From an uncultured bacterium (GTDB lineage: Bacteria; Verrucomicrobiota; Verrucomicrobiia; Limisphaerales; UBA8199), in the NCBI GenBank assembly GCA_963749495.1, contig CAVVMW010000012.1, positions 160,001-224,000 of the forward strand: a stretch of 64,000 nt of DNA. Direction: 5' to 3'. This document shows positions 32,001-44,719 of this stretch, one piece after another. Position 1 is the first letter of the stretch. Each line of letters starts with the position of its first letter. The notes beneath the pieces are model-generated. The model saw only the letters and a list, made by a program, of their open reading frames with translations, did no database searches and was not told the origin of the DNA. A program made the translations under genes and the position numbers.

Positions 32001-32948
32001 GTGTTCATGGCCAAAGATGTGAGGGCCGGCCCAGTCTTTTTCGGCGGGATAAAAGAGAGTTTCGTAGTCGCCGGTGGCATTGACGGCGAGTTGAAACATC
32101 TCTTGGAAATGGAGGTAGAGATTCTCGGGAGGGGTCGCCTCTTGTGGGACGTGAAGCTCTTTGAGTTCGTCGAACTTGGTGCGGACGGATTCGTAAAAGA
32201 GCAGGCGGTTGGCGAAGACGTAGCACAAGGTGCGGGCAGCGCGGTCAACCAGGGAGCGCCATGTCTTGGGGTCGTTTCGGATAACCGCCCAGCCCTGGTC
32301 GTTGGCCATCCATTCCTGCAAAAGATTATCAAAACGTTTCGAGCCGGCAGCACTTGCCCAGAGAAATTCGGTAGTGAGTTTGACCGGCCACGATATGTGG
32401 CTTTCGAAAGCACGGATGAAGAATTCATCGGGGGCCATGCCCCAATCAGGCTGGTGGCCGGCCAGGATGCCCTCGAAATCAGCAAAGAAGCGGGCCAGGA
32501 ATTCCCGGACTGCTCCTTCGACCTCGGGACGCGAAACGTCCTCGGGGCTATCGAGGTCAAGTCCGAGGTCGTAGTCCTTGAGGCGCCGTTCCATGATAGG
32601 CTTCTGCCATTGCTTCGAATCGAAGAGAACGAACTTGTTGACGTTGCAGGTGAAGAAGAATTCGGCTCCAGCGTTGGACGCTTTCTGGTAGGAGTCCTCC
32701 ACGAGGCTGGAGTTGTAGGCGTTGCGGCCCTCGGGTGTGCCGGGCAATTTGACTTCTCCGGCGAGAACCAGCCGGCTGCGGGCGTCGTAAACGCGGAGGT
32801 CAGATCGCTTTCTCTTGATGCCCTTGGATTCCTCGATTTCGGTGCGCCTGAAGGGCATCTCCGGGTGTCCCTGGAAAATGGAGTCTGCCCATTTTGAGAC
32901 GCGGCTGCAAAATGTGACCTCGTGGACGCGAATGTCGCTTTCGGCCAT
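29088..32948 (-). CDS. Type IIG-like restriction-modification enzyme (nuclease, N6-adenine methyltransferase, target recognition), two frameshifts near 30735 and 30350
   Basis: SDLRVYD..GEVK, GQHYT, DPACGSGSFL, GNPPYVRQE; continues GGKWGKYLRAP..RFGVKSG in the next frames. Confidence 0.85.
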
Positions 32949-33018
32949 GGGGGATGATTAAGCAGAAAGAGGCGATTTCGCCAACAACTTTTTTTGGCGA
33001 GTCGCGGTGCCATGGGGA

Positions 33019-33235
33019 GGGGTCAAGCCTTTACAAAGCACGTTTTCTCTCACATTGGCAAGTGGCCGTGGGCTGAGGCAGCGGCAGTCTGGCGCCGCAT
33101 CGCGGCGTGCAAGCGGGCGCTCGCGTTCCGCGCCGTGCCCAGATGCAGCCGGCCGCCGATCTCCTTCTCTTTGTAGCCACGCCATCCCCGCCACCAGGTT
33201 CGCGTTGGGCGTCTCCACGACCAGATGAAAGCCAT
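33019..33235 (-). mobile_element. RAYT/Y1 transposase remnant with right-end inverted repeat
   Basis: FHLVVETPNANLVAGMAWLQ (HUH region); GGGGTCAAGCCTTTACA at 33019 is the inverse of the left-end motif. Confidence 0.78.
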
Positions 33236-33337
33236 CATTCCAAGCGCCACTGCCAGCGATTTCTGCCGCGCGTCGAACGTGAGAAATTCCTGAGCGTTGA
33301 GCTGGATGAGCAGACACGTGTCCGCGTAAAGGCTCAT
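33236..33337 (-). pseudogene. Internally deleted VapC/PIN toxin
   Basis: MSLYADT start joined almost directly to FLTFDARQKSLA end. Confidence 0.7.
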
Positions 33338-33343
33338 GCGGCG

Positions 33344-33571
33344 TTAGTAGCTTTCCTGCTCCCGCGCCAGCAGAACCAGATTCGGCAAAACTTTGCCGCC
33401 GAAGATTCTCCGCCGCCGAGCAGCAGCGTCAGGCCAGCGAATCCGGCGTTTGCGCCTGCGCGCCGGTTCCGCTTCAATCGCCGTTTCCAGTTCGTGGACG
33501 CACTCGAAGAATTTCCGACGCTCCCGCGGCGGCAACGCCTTGACCTGCGCCAGCACTTCATTCGCGCTCAT
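33344..33571 (-). CDS. Putative antitoxin
   Basis: 75 aa upstream of the PIN remnant; leaderless promoter TTGCTC-18 nt-TATGAT. Confidence 0.65.
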   Translation of the reverse strand: MSANEVLAQVKALPPRERRKFFECVHELETAIEAEPARRRKRRIRWPDAAARRRRIFGGKVLPNLVLLAREQESY

Positions 33572-33714
33572 CACCCAAATCATACGACGGACAGCGCATC
33601 CAGAGCAAGTTCGACCTCAGCCGTTATTGCGGCGGGGGCGCATCTGGCCAGGTACAACCACCTCCAGAGCAGGGGCGGCAATCTGGAGACCAGTCTTGCC
33701 AAGTCACACGGCAA

Positions 33715-33938
33715 CCCAGAGGGTTGCCAGATGGTAGCCGGGGGTTGCCGCGCAGCGGTGACCCCCGGTCAAGAGTGGGAAGGATCCTGCACCCCGGAAC
33801 GGGGTGCCAGAAGCCAGCGTCCGGGCGCCTGAGCTGCCTTCTGGCATCCCTCCGGGATGCAGAAATGTATCACCCTTGGACCGGGGGTCTCGCTGCGCTT
33901 CGACCCCCGGCTACCATCTTTCATCCCTCCGGGATGAA
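33715..33938. repeat. Long multi-hairpin REP-like element
   Basis: ATGGTAGCCGGGGGT / ACCCCCGGCTACCAT arms and CATCCCTCCGGGATG hairpins. Confidence 0.85.
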
Positions 33939-33945
33939 CCTGCTC

Positions 33946-33998
33946 CCTGGGCCTGACGTTTCAAGCCCAGGCGGTGCCCTACAAAATCTCTTTCAGCA
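33946..33998. repeat. 53-bp direct repeat, right copy, overlapping the response regulator stop
   Basis: 47/53 identical to 19309-19361. Confidence 0.9.
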
Positions 33999-35270
33999 GT
34001 ACACGAGCAGCGCCTGGGTAATGGGCGTGATGCGGTTGTGGTTGCGGAGCAGATTGATATGGGGCTCGGTCAGGGCCTGACCTTCGGGGATGAGGAGCAG
34101 GCCGTACGGGGTGTAGATGCCCTGGGCTACGACCATGCCGGGCTGCAACTCCGAGAGCAGGACCTCGCGCTGGTTGCTGGGCATGATTGTCTGGGGCAGG
34201 CTGCGCATGAGGGCGCGGACGGCATCCGGGTCGAAGGCGCCGCCGCTCTCGGTGCGCACGGCCTCCAGGGCGGCCTCCTGGCTGGCGGGGGAGGAGGCGA
34301 AGGCCACGGCCACCGCCAGCAGGCGCGCCAGCCAGGGGATGCGCTCGCCGCTCAACTGGTCCGGGTAGCCGCTGCCATCGAAGCGTTCGTGATGGGCCCG
34401 GATAATGGCCCCCACGGTTTGGAGGTCCGCCCCGAACGAGGCCAGGTCTTGTCCCAGGGCCGGGTGCAGGCGAATGATGGCGTTTTCCTCGTCGGAGAGT
34501 TTTTCAGGAGTCTGCTGCCACTTGCGGATCGACTCGCGGGGGGCGCTGACCAGGCCGATGTCGTAAAGCCGGGCGCTGATTTCGAGCACGCGCCGCTCCT
34601 GGCGAGGCAGTTCGAGGTCATGCCCCATGGCTTGGCAGAGGCTGAAGACGCGGCGGGCCTGCTGGCCCAGGACGGGGCAGAAGGTCTCCATGGTCTTGAG
34701 GCAGAGGAGGATCGAGTGGTCGAGGTTCTTGTGGAGGGTCTGGTTGAGGGCATCGAGCTGGCGGTTTTGGGCATCGACTTGGCGGAGTTGGGCTTTGAGG
34801 CGTTCGTTGAGGGCCAGGGCCTCGGCGTGGAGGGCGGCGTTGCGGCAGATCAGTTCGTAGCGCTGGGTGGCGTTCCTGACGGTCACCAGCAACTCCTCCT
34901 GGAGCCAGGGTTTGACAATGAACCGATAGACTTCGCCCTTGTTGATGGCATTGATGACGGTGCCCAGGCTCAGGACGGCGGTGATGAGGATGCGGGTGGC
35001 ATTGGGCTGGAGTTCCTTGGCCTGGGCGAGGAACTCCAGGCCGGTCAAGGCCGGCATCTGCTGGTCGGTGAGGATGACGGAAAAGGCATCGACGCGCAGC
35101 AGGCGCAGGGCCTCGAGCGGGTCCTCGACGGCGAAGACCTCGTAGCCGGTCAGGCGGAGGGTCTCGCGCAGGGCGGCCAGGACGACCTTCTCGTCATCGA
35201 CGACGAGGATGCGTTTGAGTTCCGGGACAGGAACGGAAGCGGGAGCGGGAGCGGGAGAGGGCACGCTCAT
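33993..35270 (-). CDS. Response regulator with degenerate HD-GYP domain
   Basis: RILVVDDE, LTDQQMP, KPW; HHERFDGSGYP; ATG overlaps the kinase stop. Confidence 0.9.
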   Translation of the reverse strand: MSVPSPAPAPASVPVPELKRILVVDDEKVVLAALRETLRLTGYEVFAVEDPLEALRLLRVDAFSVILTDQQMPALTGLEFLAQAKELQPNATRILITAVLSLGTVINAINKGEVYRFIVKPWLQEELLVTVRNATQRYELICRNAALHAEALALNERLKAQLRQVDAQNRQLDALNQTLHKNLDHSILLCLKTMETFCPVLGQQARRVFSLCQAMGHDLELPRQERRVLEISARLYDIGLVSAPRESIRKWQQTPEKLSDEENAIIRLHPALGQDLASFGADLQTVGAIIRAHHERFDGSGYPDQLSGERIPWLARLLAVAVAFASSPASQEAALEAVRTESGGAFDPDAVRALMRSLPQTIMPSNQREVLLSELQPGMVVAQGIYTPYGLLLIPEGQALTEPHINLLRNHNRITPITQALLVYC

Positions 35271-37312
35271 GGGAGGGGTTCTGTGGTAAAGAGGCTGTTG
35301 AGTTTGCGCAGGATGGTCTCGGCCTCGGCGTCGCTGGCCAGGACGAGGTCGGCCTTGTCCAGGATGCGCTGGTCCAGGTGGTCGAGGCTGCCGCCGATGA
35401 CCTGGAGGACCAGGCGCCGCGCCAACCCGCGCTCGCGCAATTCGGCCACCAGGCCCAGCATGGCGCTGTCGTCCGGATCGGCCAGGACCAGGACGCCGTG
35501 CAGGTCCCGCTCCTCGGTGGTGAGCAATTCGATGGTGCGGGCGGGGGTCTGCGTGGCGACGACGTAGAAATTGTTGGTGCGCAGGAACTCGGCGATGCTG
35601 TCGGCGGCCAGGCCCGGCTGGCCGACCAGGAGGATGCTGCGGCGGCGCTCGGCATCTTGCGTGGCCGTGCGCTCCGCCTCGGTGAAATCGGCCTCCGGCA
35701 GCCACAGGTGGAAAATCGAGCCTTTTCCTTCTGTCGAGTCCACCGAGATGGCGCCCCCATGTTCCTCGACAAAGACGCGGGCGTTGTAAAGGCCCAGGCC
35801 GGAGCCTTTGGTGAGCGGTTTGGTGGTGAAAAAGGGGTCGAAGAGATGGGGCAGGTGCCGGGCGGCGATGCCAGTGCCATTGTCCTGGACCGAGAGGCAA
35901 AGGCAGGGCAGCCGCGGAAAGGCGCCCTGGCATTGCGCCAGGGCCTGCGCGGCGATGTGCCGGGTGACACGGAACAGGAGCAGGCCGTGCTTGGGCATGG
36001 CGTCGGCGGCGTTGAGGGCCAGGTTCAGGACCACCTGCCGGAACTCGACGGCGTCCATGTACACCGGCAACTGCTGCCCGCCCAGTTGGGTCTCCACCTG
36101 GATGCGGCGCGGAAGGACCTTGCAGACCAACTCGGCCAGTTCGGTGACGACCTGATTGAAGTCCTGGTACTGGCGGCTGCCGGTCTTGCTGCGGTGCAGA
36201 TTGACGATGCGCTGGACCAACTGGCTGGCCTGGAGCGCGCTTCGCTTGATCAGATCGAATGTCGGCGCGCTCGGGTGGTCCCGGCCGGTCTGGGACATGA
36301 CCAACTCGGTCAGCGAGATGATCCCTGACAATTGGTTGCTGAAGTCGTGGGCCAGCCCCATGGTGACCAGCGCCAGAGTCTCCTTCCAGGCGGCCGTCGA
36401 GAGCCGCCGCTCGGCCAGCGTCTGGCGGGTGATGTCCAGCCAGAACCCCTCGTAACCCAGGACCAGGCCGGACTTGCTGACGGCCGCCTGGCGGTGCTCC
36501 AGGATGTAGGAGACCCTGCCTGTGAGCGCGTGGCGCAGCCGATAAGTGGTGGTGACGCCCTCCGGTGCCCGCGCCGCTTGCCGGCACTGGCGCTTGAACT
36601 CGTCCACGTCCGCTTCGTGAATCACTTCCCAAAACAGGCGCGGCTGCGCGCGCCAGGCCTCCGGCGGCACGCCGGTCAGTTCCTCGACCTTGCCGCTGAG
36701 GTGCTGGAACGAAAAGTCGGCCCGCTGGCTGAAGACGACACCCGGCCAGCGCTGGAGGAGCTTGTCGAGCTGCGATTCGGCCCGCAGCACTCGCACCCGC
36801 AACTGGACCTTCTCGGCGTCCTCGCCGGGGCGTGCCTCGGCCCCGGCCTCGACCAGGTCGCGCAACGGTGGCAGGGTCGAGTCCAGGCGCACGAACCAGC
36901 CGGACGGATTCGCGGCGACCTCGATGTGTACCCAGGACTTTCCCGAGCCGCCCGGGACCGGGAACCGGTCGCCCGCCCAGGGTGCGGCCTTGGCCCAGAG
37001 TTGCCCCAGGACGCCCGCCGCCTCAGGACACCGCCCGCCCAGCGCCTCCTCCAATGGCATCCCCACCAGTTGCTCCGGGGCCGCGCCCAGCCACCGGGCC
37101 AGGGCTTCGCTGATCTGCGTCACCCGCCGGGACGAATCCAACAAGGCCTGGCCGCCCTCCAGCCATCGGGCCGTGTCCCCAGGCTGTGGCGGCGGCCAGG
37201 ACCCTTCGGACAGGGCCGCCGAAGGCCCCGCCGCCCGCGCCGTCGGGGACGAGCCGTTGCCGGGTTGCGGCTGGGAACCCCGGGAAGCCAAAAAAGCATC
37301 TGTTTGGGCCAT
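35267..37312 (-). CDS. PAS-domain sensor histidine kinase with C-terminal pseudo-receiver
   Basis: GLAHDFSN, NLALNAADA, DNGTG, FDPFFTTK, GSGLGL. Confidence 0.93.
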   Translation of the reverse strand: MAQTDAFLASRGSQPQPGNGSSPTARAAGPSAALSEGSWPPPQPGDTARWLEGGQALLDSSRRVTQISEALARWLGAAPEQLVGMPLEEALGGRCPEAAGVLGQLWAKAAPWAGDRFPVPGGSGKSWVHIEVAANPSGWFVRLDSTLPPLRDLVEAGAEARPGEDAEKVQLRVRVLRAESQLDKLLQRWPGVVFSQRADFSFQHLSGKVEELTGVPPEAWRAQPRLFWEVIHEADVDEFKRQCRQAARAPEGVTTTYRLRHALTGRVSYILEHRQAAVSKSGLVLGYEGFWLDITRQTLAERRLSTAAWKETLALVTMGLAHDFSNQLSGIISLTELVMSQTGRDHPSAPTFDLIKRSALQASQLVQRIVNLHRSKTGSRQYQDFNQVVTELAELVCKVLPRRIQVETQLGGQQLPVYMDAVEFRQVVLNLALNAADAMPKHGLLLFRVTRHIAAQALAQCQGAFPRLPCLCLSVQDNGTGIAARHLPHLFDPFFTTKPLTKGSGLGLYNARVFVEEHGGAISVDSTEGKGSIFHLWLPEADFTEAERTATQDAERRRSILLVGQPGLAADSIAEFLRTNNFYVVATQTPARTIELLTTEERDLHGVLVLADPDDSAMLGLVAELRERGLARRLVLQVIGGSLDHLDQRILDKADLVLASDAEAETILRKLNSLFTTEPLP

Positions 37313-37482
37313 GATCTTCGAAACTCGGCGGCCTGTGCGACCGCAGTTCAACTGTGTGCGGACCATAGTTTACCATGACCCTTGCGTGAATTGCCAGTGT
37401 CTTCTTTGTGCACGTCCACGCTTGTCATGCGCAAATCTTTCAGGCATGGTACTGGGTGCCTTTTACGCCCTGTCTTGTGCCT

Positions 37483-39539
37483 ATGCGATCCGTGCTTCGC
37501 GCCGGGTTGGCGCTGTTGCTGGCCGGCGCCCGGCCTTGCCTGGCACAGCCTATCCTGGGGCCAGGCGCCGTGCTCCCAACTCGACAGCGGGGTTGCCCGG
37601 AGGGCCGCGCCCGATGCTCCAGACGCCAGGATTTTCGGTCAACACGACTTCGAGGGAGGAGGTGCGGGCCTTTTACAACGGCGTCTATCTCAGTTCTCAG
37701 GGGGTGCCAATGGATTCGAGTGCGGACGTGTCCAGTTGCACGCCGGGGGCCAGTTCGCCGGCCTTCCAGGATTCGGTCTTGCGGCGCATCAACTGGTTGC
37801 GCGCGCTGGCCGGGGCGCCGGCGGGCATCACGTTCGATGCCGCGGAATGCACGAACGACCAGGCGGCGGCGATAATGCTCTCGGCAAACAATGCGCTCGA
37901 CCATTACCCGCCGCCAACTTGGCTCTGCTATAGCCAAGCGGGGGCCATCGCCGCCTCGAACTCGAACCTGGCCCTGGGCAGTTCGGGGGCCGATGCGATT
38001 ACGGGATACGTATGGGACTTCGGCGCCGACAATTATAGAGTCGGCCATCGCCGCTGGCTGCTCTTTCCACAGACGCAGGTGATGGGCACCGGGGACGTGG
38101 CCGGGCAGGGCACGAACGTCGCCGCCAACGCAACCTGGATCCTCGATGCCAACCTGTTTGGGCTGCGCCCGGATACCCGCGAGCCTTTTGTAGCCTGGCC
38201 CCCGGCCGGCTATGTGCCCTTCCAGTTGGCGTTTCCACAATGGTCATTCGCCCTGTCGGACGCGGACCTGAGCGCGGCCACCGTGAGCATGGCCAGCAAC
38301 GGTGTGGACGTGGCCGTCGCCCTCCAGCCCTACGAGACGGGTTACGGGGAGAACGCCGTGGTCTGGGTGCCGATGGGCCTGGATTTCGTGAGCAGCGCCT
38401 CGACCTTCCCGTTCAGCGGCACGGACACCGTCTATACTGTCACGGTTACCAACATCCTGGCCGGCCTCTCCGTCACCGGGTTCACTTACACCGTCACCCT
38501 GCTCGACCCCGCCGTGCCCGGGACCGATTACGTGGCCCAGGCGATTACCGGCCCCGCCCAGCCCTATGCCGCCAATCCCTACTTCCACTGGACCAATCTC
38601 TACACCTGCGTGCCCCCCAACAACCCTCACGTGACCGGCTACCAGTGGCGCGTCTCCCAACGCGCCCCGGGCAGCCTCTTTGACGGGGCGGAAAACGGGC
38701 TGACCAATTTCACCGCCATCACCTCGCCGGGCTATCTCGTCATCACCAACAAGGCGGTCGCGTCGGGCTCGAGGTCGTTTTACCTGGCCCATCCCCTCCC
38801 GGTTCCCCAAATCCTCCAGTTGAACCGGGTGTTGTTTCCCGCCACCAACACGCTGCTGACCTTCAAGAGCCGCCTCGGTCTTGCCATGACCAACGAGGTC
38901 GCCAGGGTCCAGGTCTCCGCCGATGGCGGCAGCGCCTGGAACGACATCTATGCCAGGCCCGGCAACGGCACCAATGGCGCATCGGAACCCAGCTACGTCC
39001 TGCGGACCGTCTCGTTGTCCGATTACGCCCACCAGGCCATCCTCTTGCGCTTCAACTATGACATCTCCCAGGGCCAGTATTTTTCCTCGATTGCCCCCGG
39101 CTCCGTCGGGTGGTCCCTCGATGACATCACCCTGAGCAATACCGACCAACTCCTCAACCTCACCACCAATGCCACGCTGACAGATTCCTTCGTCTTCACC
39201 CCTCAGCAAACCGGCACATTCAACCTCGAAGCCCAGGCCGTCATCTTCGACAACTTCCCGATCGGCTGGGGCCCGGTCCTCTCGGTCACGGCCATCTCCA
39301 ACACCGCCCCAGCCATCCTCCTGAGCCGCCCGTCCCGGGTCAACAACCAGGTCCGGCTCAGCTTCGCCGTTCTCTCCGGCATCGCCCGCACCTTTGCCCT
39401 GCTCCAAGCCGATGACCCCGCCGGCCCGTGGACCACCAACACCTCCGCCACGCTCACGACCAACCTCGCCGGCAGTTCCTATCGCTTCACCACTGCCTTG
39501 CCTGCCAGCAATCGCTTCTACCGCGTCCGCGCCCCGTAG
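37483..39539 (+). CDS. Secreted CAP/SCP-domain protein with beta-rich C-terminal domains; probable frameshift near 37590
   Basis: RRINWLRALAG, LDHYPP, VGHRRWLL; signal peptide MRSVLRAGLALLLAG lies in another frame at 37483. Confidence 0.8.
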
Positions 39540-39735
39540 TTTGGCGCGTGAAATTTGGCGGCCAGAGCGCGGGAATGCCGCGCACTCTAAATCGAACCAC
39601 GTAACGTTGAAACGTTGGGCTATTCTCAAATGTCCCTCCGGGACAAAACTCACGGGACGCGTGCCCCGCGCGGTTAATCGCACCCAGGTCCTTCTCCCCG
39701 CTTGACGGATTTCGCCGGGCAACTATGTATTCAGT

Positions 39736-42342
<2,607 letters not shown>

Positions 42343-42512
42343 TCTTGCGGGACCGGACTGGTCTTGGGGCGTAGGACCGGCCGGACGAGTCTGTCGGGTC
42401 GGGCTACAAAACCGAGTTGATTTTGGAACGCTTCACCTGCCGTCCAACCCTCGGCTCACTACAGAGAATCGGCTCTTGTGAGGAAGCCATGAACTAATCA
42501 TAATCAACTACC

Positions 42513-42719
42513 ATGAAACCCAAGAATCTGTCGTATCTGCTCCTATTGGGCCTGGGCCTGTTCGTGTTGCCGGGCTGCATCTCGATTCCGCCACTGGTCC
42601 AAGTCGAGCACAAGGAAACCATCAACGGCAACCTCTCGCGCCGGCTGGATTCGATCGATCACCGGCTGGACAAGCTGGAACAAAAAGTCAACCGGCAGAG
42701 CGAAGCCAAAGCCCGCTAG
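42513..42719 (+). CDS. Small lipoprotein
   Basis: Signal peptide with LPGC lipobox, coiled-coil tail. Confidence 0.7.
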   Translation: MKPKNLSYLLLLGLGLFVLPGCISIPPLVQVEHKETINGNLSRRLDSIDHRLDKLEQKVNRQSEAKAR

Positions 42720-42853
42720 ACGCCGGATCGGGAGCGCGGACGCTCTTGTCCGCGCGTTGCTTGTCCCGGAGGGACATCCGTTATGTGAGGCTTCACATAA
42801 CAAACGCTTCGCGAGTTCGCACGCGCGCCCCTGCCTCGCGCACAGGTTCCAGT

Positions 42854-43732
42854 TCAGTCGCCGCTGAGCATGGTCCACATGCCCCGCGGGGCGTTGGTCG
42901 TGCCGGTGCCGACGGTCTGAGTGATCTTGAGTGTTTGGGCGTGGTTGTCGTGGAAGAGATAATTGAACCGGCCGGCATGAAGGCCGTAGGAGGCGGCGCC
43001 GTAGTTGTAGGTCGAGGAACCGAGTTGGAAACAATCGGGGGTCAGCCAGTTGAAATTGGCGGTGGAATAAACGGGGCCGGCGCAGAACGAGGGCCAGTCG
43101 TTGCCCGCCATGTTCTCGCCGTTGGGCAGTTCGGCCAGGAGGATGGTGCCGGCGCTGTCCTGGACGACGCCGCTCTTGTATCCGGGCGGCTCCCAGGGGG
43201 GTATCGAGCCGTCGTTGTGCTTGATATAGATGCCGACGCCGAACTTGGCGGGCGGCATGGTCCCGTGGGCATCCAGGTCCCAGATGCCGGCGAAATTCAC
43301 GGAATAGGACCGGCGCGTGGCATAGGGACCCCAGGAGATCGAGACCTGGATCAGATCCGCCGGGCATTTGAGGATCTTGGGGACTTTGTTGGAGGCGGTA
43401 ATGCCCAGGATGAGATCGTCATCCGCATCGGTGCCCCCGATGTAGTGGTGGATGTAATCGTCCCAGGTCAACTGGTATTGGTAATCCCCGGTCCGGTAGG
43501 CGGCCGGCGGCAGCACGTCCGCGTGGTCGGTTGACCACAAGGCGAGGCCCACGCCGAGCTGTTTCATTTGCGACAGGCACTGGAGCCGCTGGGCCCGGGC
43601 CTTGGCCTTGGCCAGCGCCGGCAACAGCATCGCCGCGAGGATAGCGATAATGGCTATCACCACCAGCAGCTCGATCAGCGTAAACGCGCCCGCGGCGCAG
43701 GTCCGGTCCCGAACAAGAGGTCTGTTGCTCAT
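42854..43732 (-). CDS. Prepilin-type N-terminal cleavage/methylation protein (H-X9-DG-like C terminus)
   Basis: [36 protein letters not shown]. Confidence 0.92.
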   Translation of the reverse strand: MSNRPLVRDRTCAAGAFTLIELLVVIAIIAILAAMLLPALAKAKARAQRLQCLSQMKQLGVGLALWSTDHADVLPPAAYRTGDYQYQLTWDDYIHHYIGGTDADDDLILGITASNKVPKILKCPADLIQVSISWGPYATRRSYSVNFAGIWDLDAHGTMPPAKFGVGIYIKHNDGSIPPWEPPGYKSGVVQDSAGTILLAELPNGENMAGNDWPSFCAGPVYSTANFNWLTPDCFQLGSSTYNYGAASYGLHAGRFNYLFHDNHAQTLKITQTVGTGTTNAPRGMWTMLSGD

Positions 43733-43862
43733 GTTACATCATCGCCCAAGCCGCCCGCCTCAGCCTGCTCCTGTTTCTCATCAGGCCTTCGGTTTGTCAA
43801 TAGCCTAATGAACTTCCCCGGCCTTGCCTGTCGTCAAAACAGGGGACAGCGGAGGGACGGGC

Positions 43863-44063
43863 GAATGACGAATGGACCGAATGCGGAGTGCGGAGTGCGG
43901 AGTGCGGAATGACAAGTGGGGAAGCCTTAGAAGGGAGGGCAGACAAGGAGCGAATGACGAATGACGAATGACGAATGACAGAATCCTCAGAAGTAATTCT
44001 CTTCAAAATGATTTTGCCAAAAATGATTTTGCCAAAAATGATTCTGTTCACGATGATTCTGCC
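43863..44063. repeat. Cluster of short tandem repeats: (TGCGGAG)n, (ATGACGA)n and 15-mer (ATGATTTTGCCAAAA)n
   Basis: Read directly between divergent genes. Confidence 0.9.
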
Positions 44064-44477
44064 ATGAGCGCATTCCCAGTCAGCCCGGAAAAGGAAGACC
44101 AACTGGCCCGGCGCATGGCCGAACTGGGCGTGAGGGAGGCTGATTTGGAGGAGAGCTTCGTCCACTCCGGCGGCCACGGCGGGCAGAATGTCAACAAGAC
44201 CTCCACCTGCGTGATGCTGCTCCACCGCCCGAGCGGGCTGCAGGTCAAATGCCAGGTCACCCGCCAGCAGGGACTCAATCGGTTCATCGCCCGCCGGTTG
44301 TTGCTGGACAAGCTGGAGTTGCTGCGCACGGGCCGTGTCGCCGCCCAACGCGCCCGCATCGAAAAGGTTCGACGCCAAAAGCGGCGCCGCAGCCGCCGCG
44401 CCAAACAACGCATGCTCGCCGACAAGGCCCGCCATTCGGCCAAGAAACAATCCCGCGCGCCCGTCGCGCCCGAGTAG
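44064..44477 (+). CDS. Peptide-chain-release-factor-like peptidyl-tRNA hydrolase (ArfB-like)
   Basis: SGGHGGQNVNK GGQ motif and basic C-terminal tail. Confidence 0.88.
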   Translation: MSAFPVSPEKEDQLARRMAELGVREADLEESFVHSGGHGGQNVNKTSTCVMLLHRPSGLQVKCQVTRQQGLNRFIARRLLLDKLELLRTGRVAAQRARIEKVRRQKRRRSRRAKQRMLADKARHSAKKQSRAPVAPE

Positions 44478-44503
44478 CAGGCGAGCCCATCCTGACGCTG
44501 CCC

Positions 44504-44617
44504 CCGGAGTGCGCCCGTCCCCGGGCGCAGCAGCGACGGAGCGGGCAGGCGCGCCGGAGTGTTTGACCGCTGCCTTGGCTCCGGACGTTGCTGCGCCCGG
44601 GGACGGGCGCACTCCGG
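44504..44617. repeat. REP-like doublet
   Basis: CCGGAGTGCGCCCGTCCCCGGGCGCAGCA and its perfect inverse. Confidence 0.9.
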
Positions 44618-44719
44618 TCCGGCCCCCGACGGTGTGGGCGGTGTCGGGATGCGCCCGAGTAGCGGGCGGCGGGGCGGTTTAACATTGAAATCCCCTCCCA
44701 GCGCCGTCATGCTCGACGG

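Noticed and set aside
19300..34000. Prophage or integrative conjugative element
   Set aside because: No integrase, structural or conjugation genes visible.
35270..37482. 879-aa and 949-aa ORFs as called in the track
   Set aside because: Their N-terminal parts overlap the histidine kinase in other frames; the real genes start at 35270 and about 37483.
43863..44063. Possible CRISPR array
   Set aside because: Units are 7-15 nt and tandem with no unique spacers; no cas genes in the window.
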